This document shows positions 26,040 to 39,210 of a DNA stretch of 64,000 nucleotides, piece by piece. Source of the DNA: Mobula hypostoma (lineage: Eukaryota); contig NC_086108.1 in assembly GCF_963921235.1 (NCBI RefSeq), forward strand, positions 8,308,001-8,372,000, in the 5' to 3' direction. The notes beneath the pieces were generated by a model that was given only the letters and a program-made list of their open reading frames with translations, was not told where the DNA came from and made no database searches. Numbering within the stretch: position 1 is the first letter of the stretch; each line of letters begins with the position of its first letter. Position numbers and translations under genes: made by a program.

Positions 26040-27100
26040 AGGTGCTCCCTCAGTGTCCACCTACCTCCCATATCGCAAAGCTCCCTCAATCCACCCCACC
26101 GCCTGCGACGCGGCTCCCTCAGCGCCGCCCTTCCCCAACCCCCATCACGGGCTGTGACGCTCCCTCAGCACTGTCCCTCCCCCGCCGCGGGTTTGACGCT
26201 CCCTCATTACCACCACATTCCCTACACCGCGGCGCTCCCTCAGCCCTGCCCCTCTTCCCCCCCACCCCGCGCTCCCTCAACACACCAGAGAGCCAGCCCG
26301 ATTATCTTGCCCTCTCCCTCTCAGGAGGGAGGGGGAGCATTCCCTCCGCGCCCCTCCCGCCAGCTGGGGCGACCCCCCCCACCCACCCACCACCACCACC
26401 ACCACCACCACCACCACACCCGGCCCTCTGGCCAACTTCAGTTCGCGTCCGACACAATGAAAACCCCTGGGGGCAGGTGCGGGGATACCGGTTGTTGCAA
26501 ACACTCCAAAAGCCCCAGAAAGATGGTCAATTCATAAAAGCCTTTTGTTGTAAAGTCTCTCCGCTTCCCACCCTCTCTCTCTCTCCCCTCCCTCCTCTCC
26601 CCCATTCACACAACTCCACCGGTGTCCCAGACAGACAGAAAAAGATTCAAGGGACCCCTCTGACTTACCCCTGTGTTATCTCCCGGTCCGCCGGCTCTCT
26701 CCCCCTCTCTGGTTCACTAGCATGCGGCGTCCGAGTGAAATCTCCGCTTTCTTCACACTTTCGCCCTGTCTCCTGTCGCCCCATTCAGGGGTGGGCGGGG
26801 GGCGAGACTGGCCGGGTCCTGGGGATAGAAGTCCATGGGCCAGAGGGGGGAGAGAGAGAGAGAAGGGAAGGGGGAAGACTTGCCTCCTCTCCGGCGGAGA
26901 CGGAGCGAAAGCGGCCCCCGAATACACAAAGATGTGTCACATTAACCCTGTGTGTGCCTCTGGCGCTCTCTCTCCTCGGGAGGGGCTGAGTTAAACGGTT
27001 TCAGAGAGAGAGCTTCACTTTACCCTTTTCCCCCCACTCCCCGGACCCGCCTCCCTCTCTCTCTCTCAATCCCTTGGGTATAGCAGGGGAAGGGGGGGGA
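26040..27100. promoter_or_regulatory. CpG island / probable promoter of a minus-strand host gene
   Basis: GC- and CpG-rich, transposon-free stretch with GC boxes (GGGCGGGG at about 26793), a (CCA)n tract at about 26385-26417, and a consensus splice donor. Confidence 0.7.
26669..26930 (-). other. Probable first (5'UTR) exon; the 5' boundary is approximate
   Basis: Minus strand ..ATAACACAGGG|GTAAGTCAG (donor at 26668-26663) inside the CpG island. Contains a short ATG ORF at 26723-26676. Confidence 0.5.
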
Positions 27101-27284
27101 ATATTCACTGGAAACTGGGGATGCCTCCTCTTGAGGCAAAACTGAGGGTGGCGGGGAGGCCATTTCGCCCTTCCTGTCTATGCTAGACTGCGGATCTAAT
27201 CTAGCTGACTGAGTCCACTGTCCCTCGTTTCTTTTATGTCCACAAGTTTAGGGGAGCCGGGTGAACAACAGACACTCGGTCCAT

Positions 27285-27760
27285 AGGAGCAGAATTAGGC
27301 CACTCGGCCCTTTGAGTCTGCTCTGCTATGCTTTCTGACTGATCTATTATCCCTCTCAACCCTGCTTTCCTGCCTTCTCTCATGACTAATCAAGGACCTA
27401 TCAATCTCCACAATAAATAAACTCAGTGTTTTAGCTACCACGGCCATTCCTGGTAATGAATTCCATAGATTCACCATTCTCTGGCGAAAGAAATTCTCCA
27501 TATCACTGTTCTACTTGGCCATCCCTCTGTTCTGAGGCTGTGTCCTTCAGTAATAGACTCCCCCCACTATAGGAAACATCCTCTCCAATACCCACTTTAT
27601 CTAGGCCTTTCAATATTCAATAGGCTTCAATAAGATCCCCCTCATTCTTCTAAACTCCAGCCAGTACAGGCCCAGAGCCATCAAACGCTTCTCCTATGTT
27701 AACCCTTTCATTCCTGGAATCATTCTCGTGAACCTTCTCTGGACCCTCTCCAATCCTAGC
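27285..27760 (-). mobile_element. CR1 LINE 3' fragment
   Basis: ORF 27295-27501 NFFRQRMVNLWNSLP plus a CR1 3' tail. Confidence 0.75.
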
Positions 27761-27774
27761 AACAATACACCAAG

Positions 27775-29760
27775 TTCAAAGTAAACTTACTATCAAATAT
27801 ATCATATATTATCTTATATGTCACCATATGCTACCCTGTGATTCATTTTCTTGCAGGCATACTCAGTAAACCTTTCTAATAATAATATAACAGAATCAAT
27901 GAAAGACCACTCCAACTTGGGCATTCCACCACTGTGCAAGAGACAACAAACTGCTCTAATACAAGAAGAGAAAAAAGATAATAAGCAATAATTATCGAGA
28001 ACATGAGATGAAGAGTCGTCGAAAGTGAGGCAAGAGGTTGTGGGAACATTTCAATGATGGGGCAAGTGACGTTATCCCCACTGGTTCAACAGCCTGATGG
28101 TTGAGGGATAATAACTGTTCCTGAACCTGGTGGTGTGAGTCCCGAGGCTGCTGTACCTTCTTCCTGATGGCATCCTTGAAAGACAGCAAGTCCCACAGCG
28201 GTGGGGGACCCTGCTTTCCTGAGACAGTGTTTCATGTCGATGTGCTCGGTGGTGATGAGGGCTTTACGTGTGATGGACTGGGCTGTATCCACTACTTTTT
28301 GTGGGATTTTCCGTTCAAGGGCATTGGTGTTTCCATACCAGGCTGTGATGCAGCCAGTCGATATACTCTCCACTACACACCTATAGAGGTTTGTCAAAGT
28401 TTGGGATGTCATGCCAAGTCTTCCGGAACTCCTAAGGAAGTAGGGGTACTGCTGTGCTTTCTTTGCAACAGCACTGATATGCTAGGCTCAGCACAGGTCC
28501 TCCAAAATGATAACACCGAGGAATTTAAAGTTGCTGACCCTTTCCTCCTGGGAACCCTGATGAGGACTGGGTCATGGACCTCTGGTTTCCTTCTTCGGCA
28601 GTCAATAGTCAATTCCTTGGCCTTGCTGACACTGAGTATGAGGTTGTTGGTACGACAGCATTCAGCCAGATTTTCAATCTCCCTCCTCTTTGGTGATTCA
28701 ACACCGCCTTTAATTCAGCCTGCAACAGCAAATTTGAATAATATGTTGGAACTGTGTTTAGCCACACAGTCATAGGTGCAAAGTGAGTAGAGCAGGGGGG
28801 CTAAGCACACAGCCCTGTGGTGCACCTGGGCTGACGGAAATCGTGGAAGAGGTGTTGTGCCTATCTAAACTGAGTGGAGTCTACAAGTGAGGAAATCAGG
28901 GATCTAAGTGCACAAGGAGGTTTTGAGGCCAAGGTCATGCAGCTTATTGATTAGTTTTGAGGGGATGATGGTGTTGAACGCTGAACGCTAGTCGATAAAG
29001 AGAACCCTGATGGATGCATCTTTGCTGTCCTGATGTTCCAGGCTTGAGTGAGGAGCCAGTATGGCGGCTGTGAACCTGCTGCGACAGTAGGCAAATTGGA
29101 GCAGACCCAAGTCACTTCTCAGGTAAGAGTTGATATGATTTATCACCAACTTCTCAAGACACTTCATTACTGTGGACGTAAGTGCTACTGGATGTGTGGG
29201 CACGTGGCCAAGTGGTTAAGGCATTGGACTAGTGACCTGAAGGTTGTGAGTTCGAGCCCCAGCCGAGGCAACGTGTTGTGTCTTTGAGCAAGGCACTTAA
29301 TCACACATTGCTCTGCGACGACACCGGTGCCAAGCTGTATGGGTCCTAATGCCCTTCCCTTGGACAACATTGGTGTCATGGAGAGGGGAGACTCATGGGC
29401 AACTGCCGGTCTTCCATACAACCTTGCCCAGGCCTGCCCCCTGGAGAGTGAATACCTTCCAGGCGCAGATCCATGGTCTCGCAAGGCTAACAGATGCCTT
29501 TTAAAAAGTGCTACAGGATGATAGTCATGAGTCAGGTCACTGCGTTCTTCTTGAACGGTTTAATTGAAGCCTGCTTGCGGTAGGTGGGTACCTCAAACTG
29601 CTGACGTGAGAGGTTAAAGATCTCAGTGAACACACTAGCCAGATGATCGGCACAGGTTGTTAGTATTTGGCCATACCCTGTAAGAGCCTTTAGTGGGTTC
29701 ACTGTCCTGAAGGATGCTCGCTCGTCAGCCTCAGAGACTGAAATAATAGGATCATTGCGG
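27775..29760 (-). mobile_element. Rex1/Babar-type LINE, degenerate RT region, interrupted by a SINE
   Basis: ORFs HPVALTSTVMKCLEKLV..LQFAY..IRVLFID, LTNLYRCVVESISTGCITAWYG and TCADHLASVFTEIFNLS. Confidence 0.85.
29195..29505 (+). mobile_element. tRNA-derived SINE with a CORE-like centre and a 15-bp TSD
   Basis: Box A TGGCCAAGTGG (29205), box B GTTCGAGCC (29250), central TTGAGCAAGGCACTTAA. TSD AAGTGCTACWGGATG at 29180-29194 and 29506-29520. Confidence 0.9.
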
Positions 29761-29799
29761 GCAGGGCTGAGAGTTCCTCCTATTTTGACGGACAAAGTG

Positions 29800-30530
29800 A
29801 GCATACGGTCTGACAAATGCCTTAAAAGGTCTCAGTAGCACACCCTTGCTCTTATATTCTAATCCTCTTGAAACAAATGCTAACATTGCATTTGCCTTCC
29901 TCACCACCAGCTCAGCCCTCAAGCTAACCTTTAGGGAATCCTGCACAAAGACTCCTAAATCCCTTTGCACCTCTGATGTTCCCCCATTTGGAAAATAGCC
30001 TATGTCTTTATTCCTTCTACCAAAGTGCATGATTGTGCACTTCCCTACACTATATTCCATCTGCCACGTCTTTGCCCATTCTCTCAATTTGTCTAAGTCC
30101 TTCAGCAGACTCCCTGCCACTCCAACTATCTTTGTACCATCTGCAAACTTTGCCACAAAGCCGTCAATTCTATCATCCAAATCACTGACATATAATGTGA
30201 AAAGAAACAGTCCCAATACCGATCCCTGCAGAACACCACTTGTCAACTGCAGCTGGCCCAAATGGGACTCCTTTACTCCCATTCTTTGCCTCCTGCAAGT
30301 CAGCCAATCTTCTATCCATGCTGGTCTCTTTCCTGTAATACCACGGGCTCTTATCTTTTTAAGCAGTTTCATATGCGGCACATTGTCTAAAGCCTTCTGA
30401 AAATCCAGGTAAGCAACATTCACCAACTCCACCTTGTCTCTCTTGCCTGTTATCTCCTCAAAGAATTCCAACAGATTTTTCAGCCAAGGTTTCCCCTTAA
30501 GGAAACCATGCTGACTCTAGCCTACTTTTA
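29800..30530 (-). mobile_element. CR1 LINE RT fragment
   Basis: ORF 29752-30471 YLDFQKALD..SGVLQGSVLG..KFADGTK. Confidence 0.9.
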
Positions 30531-30544
30531 TCATTTACCTCCGT

Positions 30545-33500
30545 AAGACCATAAGATATATGAGCAGAATTAGGCCATTCAGCCCATCGAGTCTGCTCTG
30601 CCATTTCATCACGGCTGATCCCAGATCCCATTCACCCCCATACACCCGCCCTCTTACCATATCCCTTGATGCCCCGATCAATGAGGAATCTATCAATTTC
30701 CGTTTTAAATATACCCACAGGCTTGGTCTCAACCGGAGTGTGTGGTGGGTCATTCCACAGATTCACCACTCTTTAGCTAAAATAATTCCTTCTTACTTCG
30801 GTTCTAAAAGGTCATTTCTCAATTTTGAAGCTGTGCCCTCTAGTTCTGGATACCTCCATCAGAAGAAACATCCTCTCCACATCCAGTTTATCTAGTCCCT
30901 TCAACATTCAGTAGGTTTCAATCAGATCCCCCCCACTCTTCTAAATTCCAGTGAGTACAGGCCCAAAGCAGCCACATGCTCCTCATACGTTAACCCCTTC
31001 ATTACCAGAATCATCCTTGTGAACCTCCTCTGGATTCTGTCCAATGACAACACATCCTTTGTGCGATCGGGGGCCCAAAACTGTTGACAATACCCCAAGT
31101 GCAGCCTGATTAGTGTTTATAAAACTTCAGCGTTGTCTCCTTGTTTTTATATTTTATTTCCCCTTAAAATGAATGCCAACATTGCATTTGCCTTCTTTAC
31201 CACAGACTCAACCTGTGAATTAACTTTATGCGAGGCTTGTACGAGGACTCCTAAGTCCCTTTGCACCTCTGATGTTTGAATTTTCTCCCCATTTCGATAA
31301 TAGTCCGCACTATTGTTCCTTTTACCAAAATGCATTATCTTACATTTCCCAACACTGTATTCCATCTGCCACTTTTTTGCCCATTCTTCCAATTTGTCTA
31401 AGTCCTGCTGCAATCGCATTGCTTCCTCAGCACTACCTACCCCTTCTCCTATTTTCGTATCATCTGCAAACTTTGCCACAAAGCCATCAATGTCTTCCTC
31501 CCTTCTTAAAGAGCGGTGTGACATTTGCAATTTTCCAGTCCTCCGGGACCATGCTTGAATCAAGTGATTCTTGAAAGATTTTGACCAATGCATCTGTTAT
31601 GTCTTCAGCAACCTCTTTCGGACTCTGGGATGTAGTCCATCTGCTCCAGGTGACTTATCCACCTTAAGACCTTTCAGTTTGCCTCGCACTTTTTTCCTTT
31701 GTAATAGCAATGGCACTCACACCTGCTCCCTGACACCCATGGACCTCTGGCATACAGCTAGTGTCTTCCACAGTAAAGACTGAAGCAAAGTACTTATTAA
31801 GTTCATCTGCCATTTCTTTGTCCCCCATTATTACCTCACCAGCATCATTTTCCAGTCTTCCAATATCAACTCTCACCTCCCTTTTATTCTTTATATAACT
31901 GAAAAAACTTTCAGTATCCTGCTTTATATTATTGGCTAGTTTGCCCTCATATTTCATCTTTTCCCTTCTTATAGCTTTTATTGGTTGCCTTTTGTTGGAT
32001 TTTAAAAGCTTCCCAATCATCCAACTTCCCACTCACTTTTGCTACCTTATATGCCCTTTCCTTGGCTTTTATGCTGTCCTGAACGTCCCTTGTCAGCCAC
32101 GGTTGCCTATCCCTGCCATTTGAAAGCTTCTGTAGGACACTTGTACCCTGCACTTTGTGAATTATTCCCAGAAACTTCAACCACCACTGTTCTGCCATCA
32201 TCCCCGCCAGTATCCTCCTCCTATCCACCAGAGCAAGCTTCTCTCTCATGCCTCTGTAATTCCCTTTATTCCATTGTGATATTGATTCATGTGACTTATG
32301 CTTCTCCCTCTTAAATTGCAGTATGAATTCAATCATATTATGATCACTGCCTCCTAAGGGTTCCTTTACATTAAACTCCCTAATAAGATTTAGGTTATTC
32401 CACAACACCCCGTCTAAGATAGCCTTTCTCTAAGTAGGCTCAAGCACAAGCAGTTCTAAAAAGCCATCTCACAGACATTCGACAAATTCTCTCACTCGCG
32501 ATTCGACACCTACCTGATTTTCCCAATCCTTTGCATATTGAAGTTCCCCATTGCAATTGTGACATTACCCTTATTACAAGCTCTTTCCAGCTCAATCTCA
32601 GCCCTTTGCAATCTCAACCCACATCTTGGCTACTATTTGGAGGCCTGTATATGATTCCCATAATGGTTCTTTTACCCTTGAAGTTTCTTATCTCCTCCCA
32701 CGAAGATTCAACATTCTGACCCTATGTCACCTTGTTCTAAAGACATAATTCCATCTCTTACCAACAGAGCCATACCACCACCGATGCCTTCCTGCCTTTC
32801 CTGTCAATACAAAGTATATCCTTTGATGTTAAACTTCCAACTATAACCTTCTTTCAGCCATGACTCAGTGATACCCCCAACATCATACCGACCAATCTCT
32901 AATTGCGCCATGTGTTCATGCACCATATTCCGAATGCTACACACATTTAAATACAGCACCTTCAGTCCTGCAATCTTTGCCCTTTTGAATTTTGTCTCTG
33001 TGGTACAATTTAACTCTTTGCTCTGTCTGTATTTGTAGCCAATCATTGGCTTGTACTTCCTTTCGTTCATATTACACCCATCATCTACTTGTAAACCTGC
33101 TGGCTCATCCTCAGCTCTATCATACTGTTTCTCACCTCCCTGCCATATTAGTTTAAACCACTCCCAACAGCTCTAGCAAACCTGCCCGCAACGATATTGG
33201 TCCCCCTCGGATTCAAGTGCAACCTGCCCCTTTTGTTCACGTCACACCTGCCCCAGAAGAGGTCCCAATGATCCAGAAATCTGAATCCCTGACCCCTGCT
33301 CCAATTCTTCAGCCACGCATTTATCCACCCCGTTCTATTCCTATCCTCACTGTCGTGTGGCACAGGCAGCAATCCCGAGATTACTACCCTTGAGGTCCTG
33401 TTTCTCAACTTCCTTCTTAACTCCCTGTATTCTGTTTTCTGTTTTCAGGACCTTCCCTCTTTGTCTACGTATGTCATTAGTACCAATACGTACCATGACT

Positions 33501-33740
33501 TCTGACTGCGTACCCTCCCTTTTCAGGATATTGTGGACACGTTCAGAAACATCGCGGACCCCGGCACCTGGGAGGCAAACTGCTATCTGTGTTTCCTTTT
33601 TGTGACCGTAGAATTGCTTATATGCTATAGAGTCCCCTATTACTGCTGCTATCCTCTTCAGTTTCCTACCCTTCTGAGCCACAGGGCCAGACTCAGTGTG
33701 AGAAGCATGGCCACTTGTTAGTTCCCCCATGTATGCCAAA
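30545..33740 (-). mobile_element. CR1 LINE, internally deleted near-full-length copy (ORF1 esterase, APE endonuclease, RT, 3' tail)
   Basis: ORF1 VIGDSI..VCLPGA..GTND..FLDHWDLFWG..LHLNPRG; endonuclease LYLNVCSIRN..GITESW and PLGGSDHNMIEF; RT KFADDTK; 3' tail at about 30545. Confidence 0.9.
33148..33739 (-). pseudogene. CR1 ORF1 SGNH/GDSL-type esterase domain, frameshifted
   Basis: GDS, G, GTND and a degenerate DxxH block (RGRLHLN) split over ORFs 33347-33739 and 33148-33408. Confidence 0.8.
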
Positions 33741-33769
33741 ACCTCATCCTTAATAATGGACCACCAAAA

Positions 33770-34870
33770 TCAGGCTAACTGACCTATCATTTCCTTTCTT
33801 CTGCTCCCTCCCTTCGTGAAGAGTGGAGTGACATTTGCACTTTTCCAGTCTTCTGGAAATAATTCCAGTATCTAGTAATTCTTGAAAGATCATTACTAAT
33901 GCCACCACAATCTCTTCAGCTACCTCTTTCAGAACCCAGGGGTCTAGTCCATCTCATCCAGGTGACTTACCTTCCTTCAGAAGTTTTGGCTTCCCAAGCA
34001 CCTTCTCCTCAGTAATAACAAGGTCACTCATTTCTGCCCTATGACAGTCCTGAATTAAGAGCATTCTGCTTGTGTCTTCCACAATATTTATTAAATTCAT
34101 CCGCCATTACTTAGTCCTCCATTACTACCTCTCCACTGTTATTTTCCAATGGTCCAATATCCACTCTTGACTCTCGTTTACTCTTTATATCTGAAAAAGA
34201 ACTTCTCATATCTTCTTTGATATTTTTGGCTAGCTTACCTTAATATTTCATCTTTTTCTGTTTATGTTTTTTAGTTGCCTTCTGTTGGTTTTAAATCTTC
34301 CCAGTCCTCTAACTTCCCACTCATTTTTACTATATTATATGCTTTCTCTTTTGCCTTTATACTGTCTTTGACTTCCCTTCTCAGCCACAGTGTCTATCCT
34401 GTGTCTTCCAAATTGCCCCCTGAAACTCCAACCAGTACTGTTCTGCCATCGTCCCTGCTAGTGTCCCCTTGCTAGTATTTGGAGGCCTGTATATAACTCC
34501 CATCAGATTATTCTTACCTTTGCTGTTTCTTAACTTTACCACAAAGTTTCTATATCTTCTGATCCAATCTCACCTCTTTCTAAGGATTTGATTTCATTTT
34601 TTACCAACACAGCCACTCCACCCCTTCCGCCTACCTGCCTGTCTTTCAATACAAGATGTTCCTTTGGGTATTATGCTCTTTTGTCAGCTACATCTCAGTG
34701 ATGCCCACAATGTCATACCTGCCAATTTCCAACTGCACTACAAGATCATCTACCTTATTCCGTATACTGCGTGCATTCAAATATAACTCTTTCAGTCCTG
34801 TATTCATCACTCTTTTTGATTTTGCCCCCATGTTACATTTCAACTTATCCCACTGATTGCAATTTTGCCT
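33770..34870 (-). mobile_element. Second deleted CR1 ORF2 fragment
   Basis: ORF 34688-35026 LYLNARSIRNKVDDLVVQLEIGRYDIVGITE; colinear with parts of 31500-33000. Confidence 0.8.
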
Positions 34871-35813
34871 TGAGCTGCATCTATGAGATGAGAGGAACTT
34901 TCGATGTTTCGGGTGGAAGATGTTTAAATGTGGGAAGGGGCACCAGATTCTCCCACCCTCACGGGAAGGATTTCTGGATCCAGCCCCAGTGGGTGAAAAT
35001 AGTTTCTTTGTCTCTCCTCTTTTCACTGGTTACATACAATGTAGAACAGTACAACACAGTGTAGGCCCTTTGGTCCACAATGTTGTGCCAACCTTTTAAC
35101 CTACCCTAAGGTCATCTAATCCTTCCCTCCGACATAGCCCTCCATTTTTCTATTATCCATGTGCCTCTCTAGCACTCTCTTAAATGTCCCTAATGTATCT
35201 ACCTCTCCCATCATGCCTGGTAGGGCATTCCACATACTCACCACAATCTGTGTGAAGAACTTGCCTCTTACATCCCTGCCACTGTACTTTCCGCAATCAC
35301 CTTAAAATTATTTATCTATTTATTGGGATACAGCACAGAACAAGCCCTGCCAGCCCTTTGAGCCTCGCCACCCAGCAATCCCCTGATTTAATGCTATCCT
35401 AATCATGGGAAAATTTACAATGACCAATTAACCTGCCAATCGGTACATCTTTGGACTGTGGGAGGAAACCAGAGAGCCCAGAGGAAACCCACATGGTCAC
35501 GGGGAGAACGTACAAACTCCTTACAGGCTGTGGCGGGAATTCAACCCGGGTTGCTGGTGCTATAAAGTGTTGTGCTGACCACTGTATTAGCCAGTTCCAC
35601 CCTGGGAAAAAGTCTCTGGATGTTCACTCTATCTGTGCCTTTTATCATCTTGTCACCTCTGTCAACTCTTTCATCCTCTCTTGTTCTAATGAGAAAAGCT
35701 CCTGCTCACTCAACCTTTCTCCAAAAACATGCTGTCTGATCCAGGCAGCTTCCTGGTAAGTCTCCTTTCCACTCTCTCTAAAGCTTCCACATCCTTCCTG
35801 TAATGAGGTGACC

Positions 35814-37224
35814 TAAGAAGAATATTGTGGGCTGCCTTGATGACTATCGCCAGTGGCACTCTCATTGACAATGATGAAATGCGTTGAGAGGTTGGTTATG
35901 ACTCGACTGAACTCCTGCCTCAGCAAGGACCTGGACCCATTGCAATTTGCCTATTGCCACAATAAGTCAACGGCAGACGCAGTCTCAATGGCTCTCCACA
36001 CGGCTTTAGACCACCTGGACAACACAAACACCTACGTCAGGATGCTGTTCATCGACTATAGTTCAGCTTTTAATACCATCATTCCCACAATCCTGACTGA
36101 GAAGTTGTTGAACCTGGGCTTCTGTACTTCCCTCTGCAATTGGATCCTCGACTTCCTAACCAGAAGACCACAGCCTGTGCGGATTAGTGATAACATCCTC
36201 CTCGCTGACGATCAACACTAGCGCACCTCAGGGGTGTGTGCTTAGCCCACAGATCTACTCCCTCTATACCCATGACTGACTGTGTGGCTAGGCATAGCTC
36301 AAATACCATCTATAAATTTGCTGACGATACAACCATATTTGGTAGAATCTCAGGTGATGATGAGAGGGTGTACAGGAGTGAGATATGCCAACTAGTGGAA
36401 TGGTGTTGCAGCAACGATCTGGCACTCAATGTCAGTAAGACGAAAGAGCTGATTGTGGACTTCAGGAAGGGTAAGATGAAGGAACACATACCAATCCTCA
36501 TAGAAGGATCAGAAGTGGAGAGAGTGAGCAGCTTCAAGTTCCTGGGTGTCAAGATCTCTGAGGATCTAACGTGATCCCAACATATCATTGTAATTATAAA
36601 GAAGGCAAGACAGTGGCTATACTTTATTAGGAGTTTGAAGAGATTTGGCATGTCAACAAATACACTCAAAAACTTCTGTAGTTTTACCCTGGAGCGGATT
36701 CTGATGGGCTGCACCACTCTCTGGTATGGAGAGGCTACTGCATAGGATCAAAAGGAGCTGCAGAAGGTTGTAAATCTAGTCAGCTCCATCTTGGGCACTA
36801 GCCTACCAAGTACCCAGGACATCTTCAGGGAGTGGTGTCTCAGAAAGGCAGCGTCCATTATTAAGGACCTCCAGCACCCAGGGCATGTCCTTTTCTCACT
36901 GTTACCATCACGTAGGAGATACAGAAGCCTGAAGACACACACTGAGCGATTCAGGAACAGCTTCTTCCCCTCTGCCATCTGATTCCTAAATGGACATTGA
37001 AGCTTCGGACATTACCTCGCTTTTTTTTCTGTTTTTGCAGGTTTTTTTTTAATCTATTCAATATATGTAATTGATTTACTTGTTTATTTATTACTATGTT
37101 TTATTTTATTTATTATTATTGTCTCTCTGCTAGATTATGTATTGCATTGAACTGCTGCTGCTGCTAAGTTAACAAATCTCACATCACATGCCGGTGATAA
37201 TAAACCTGGTTCAGATTCTGATTC
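35814..37224 (+). mobile_element. Rex1/Babar-type LINE, 5'-truncated, with a 5-bp TSD
   Basis: [58 protein letters not shown], then a (GATTCT)n tail. TGACC duplicated at 35809-35813 and 37225-37229. Confidence 0.92.
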
Positions 37225-37784
37225 TGACCAGAACTCAACGCAGTACTCCAAGTGTGGTCTAACCAGGGTTTTACAGAGCTGCAACTTCACCTCACAGCTA
37301 AATCTCTGCCTCCCCTGCTGGGAAGCTTGATAATCCTGCTTCACTCCATCTGAGCTGCCCATTACGTTCCCCATCTCACTGTTGTCCCTTCAGACCTCTC
37401 TGGCCCAGGTGAAATGTGCCTGGTCTCTCAAATCCAGATGTGATGTTAATTTGTCAAACATCAAAACATAGAGCAAAATATATCATTTGCATCAACAACC
37501 AACACAGACCAAGAATGTTCTGAGGGCAGCCCACAACAGTCCATAAGACATGGAGCAGAATTTGGCCATTTGGTCCATTGAATCTGCTAACCATTCTGTC
37601 ATGGCTGATTTATTATCCCACTCAACCTCATTCTCCTGCTTTCTCCCTGTAAACCTTGATGTCCTTACTAATCAAAAACTTATTAACCTCTGCTTTAAAT
37701 ATACTCAATGACTAGATAATGAATTCCACAGGTTCACCACCCTCTGGCTAAAGAAATTCTTCCTCTTCCTCTTCTATTCTAAGG

Positions 37785-38470
37785 CTGTGAGGACCCCTGT
37801 AGCATCTGGTGACCCTCCTGTGATCTCTGTCCTGGAGGCCAACGTCAGAACACGTTTCAAGAGGGTGAACCCTGAGGCGACAGGCCCCGGTGTACCTGGT
37901 AGGTCTCTAAAAACCTGTGCCTACCAACTGGTGGGAGAGTTAAAGGACATTTTCAATCTCTCACCGTGGCAGTCAGATGATCCCAACTGCTTAAAGAGCA
38001 CAACCTTCTGACCTGCCTTAATGAGTATCATCCAGAAGCACTCACATGGACAGTGAGGAAGGGCTTTGAGAGGCTGCTTATGACTAGAAACAACTCCTGC
38101 CAAAGCAAGGACCAGGACCCACCGCAATTTGCTTATCGCCACAATAGGTCTACAGCAGATGCGATCTCATTGGCTCTTCACGCGGCCTTGGATCTGCCGG
38201 ACAATGCTAATACTTACATCAGGCTGCTGTTTATTGACTGCAGCTCAGTGTTTAACACAATCATACCAACAGTTCTGATCAACAAGCTCCAAAACCTGGG
38301 CCTCTGTCCCTCCCTCTGCAACTGGATCCTTGACTTCCTAACTGGAAGACCACAATCTGTGTGGGTTGGAAGTAACATCTCCACCTCGCTGACAATCAAC
38401 ACTGGTGCACCTAAGGGATGTGTGCTTAGCCCACTGCTCTACTCTCTCCACACCCATGACTGTGTGGCTG
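37785..38470 (+). mobile_element. Rex1/Babar-type LINE RT fragment
   Basis: ORF 38053-38562 [32 protein letters not shown]. Confidence 0.85.
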
Positions 38471-38479
38471 CTGTCACAT

Positions 38480-39210
38480 GCAAACAGCTATCTTTATACT
38501 TTATGCTTTATTGTCGCCAAACAATTGATACTAGAACGTACAATCATCACAGCGATATTTGATTCTGCACTTCCCACTCCACTCCGTGGGTTACAAATAT
38601 AAAATACTAAAAATATTAAAAATAGTAAAGTTAGTAAATATTAAAAAATTAAATTATAAATCATAAATAGAAAATAGAAAAATGGAAAGTAAGGTAGTGC
38701 AAAAAGTCCGAGAGGCAGGTCCGGATATTTGGAGGGTACGGCCCAGATCCAGGTCAGGATCCGTTCAGCAGTCTTATCACATTTGGAAAGAAGCTGTTCC
38801 CAAATCTGGCCGTACGAGTCTTCAAGCTTCTGAGCCTTCTCCCGGAGGGAAGAGGGACGAAAAGCGTGTTGGCTTGGTGGGTCGTGTCCTTGATTATCCT
38901 GGCAGCACTGCTCCGACAGTGTGCGGTGTAAAGTGAGTCTAAGGATGGAAGATTGGTCTGTGTGATGCGCTGCACCGTGTTCACGATCTTCTGCTGCTTC
39001 TTTCGGTCTTGGACAGGACAACTTCCATACCAGGTTGTGATGCACCCTAGAAGAATGCTTTCTATGGTGCATCTATAAAAATTAGTGAGCGTTTTAGGGG
39101 ACAGGCCAAATTTCTTTAGTTTTCTCAGGAAGTAAAGGCACTGGTGGGCCGTCTTGGCAGTGAACTCTGGTTGGTTGGACCAAGTCAGGTCATTTGTGAT
39201 ATTGACCCAC
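38480..39210 (-). mobile_element. Rex1/Babar-type LINE 3' end, distinct subfamily
   Basis: ORF 38754-39269 VNITNDLTWS..LYFLRKLKKFG..RFGNSFFPNVIRLLN, plus an AT-rich 3' UTR. Confidence 0.85.

Noticed and set aside
26042..26989. 315-aa Pro-rich ORF
   Set aside because: Non-ATG start, low-complexity GC-rich island with a (CCA)n tract, no recognisable domain, and antisense to the splice donor.
29197..29270. tRNA-like sequence
   Set aside because: It is the head of a SINE with body, tail and TSD, not a standalone tRNA gene.
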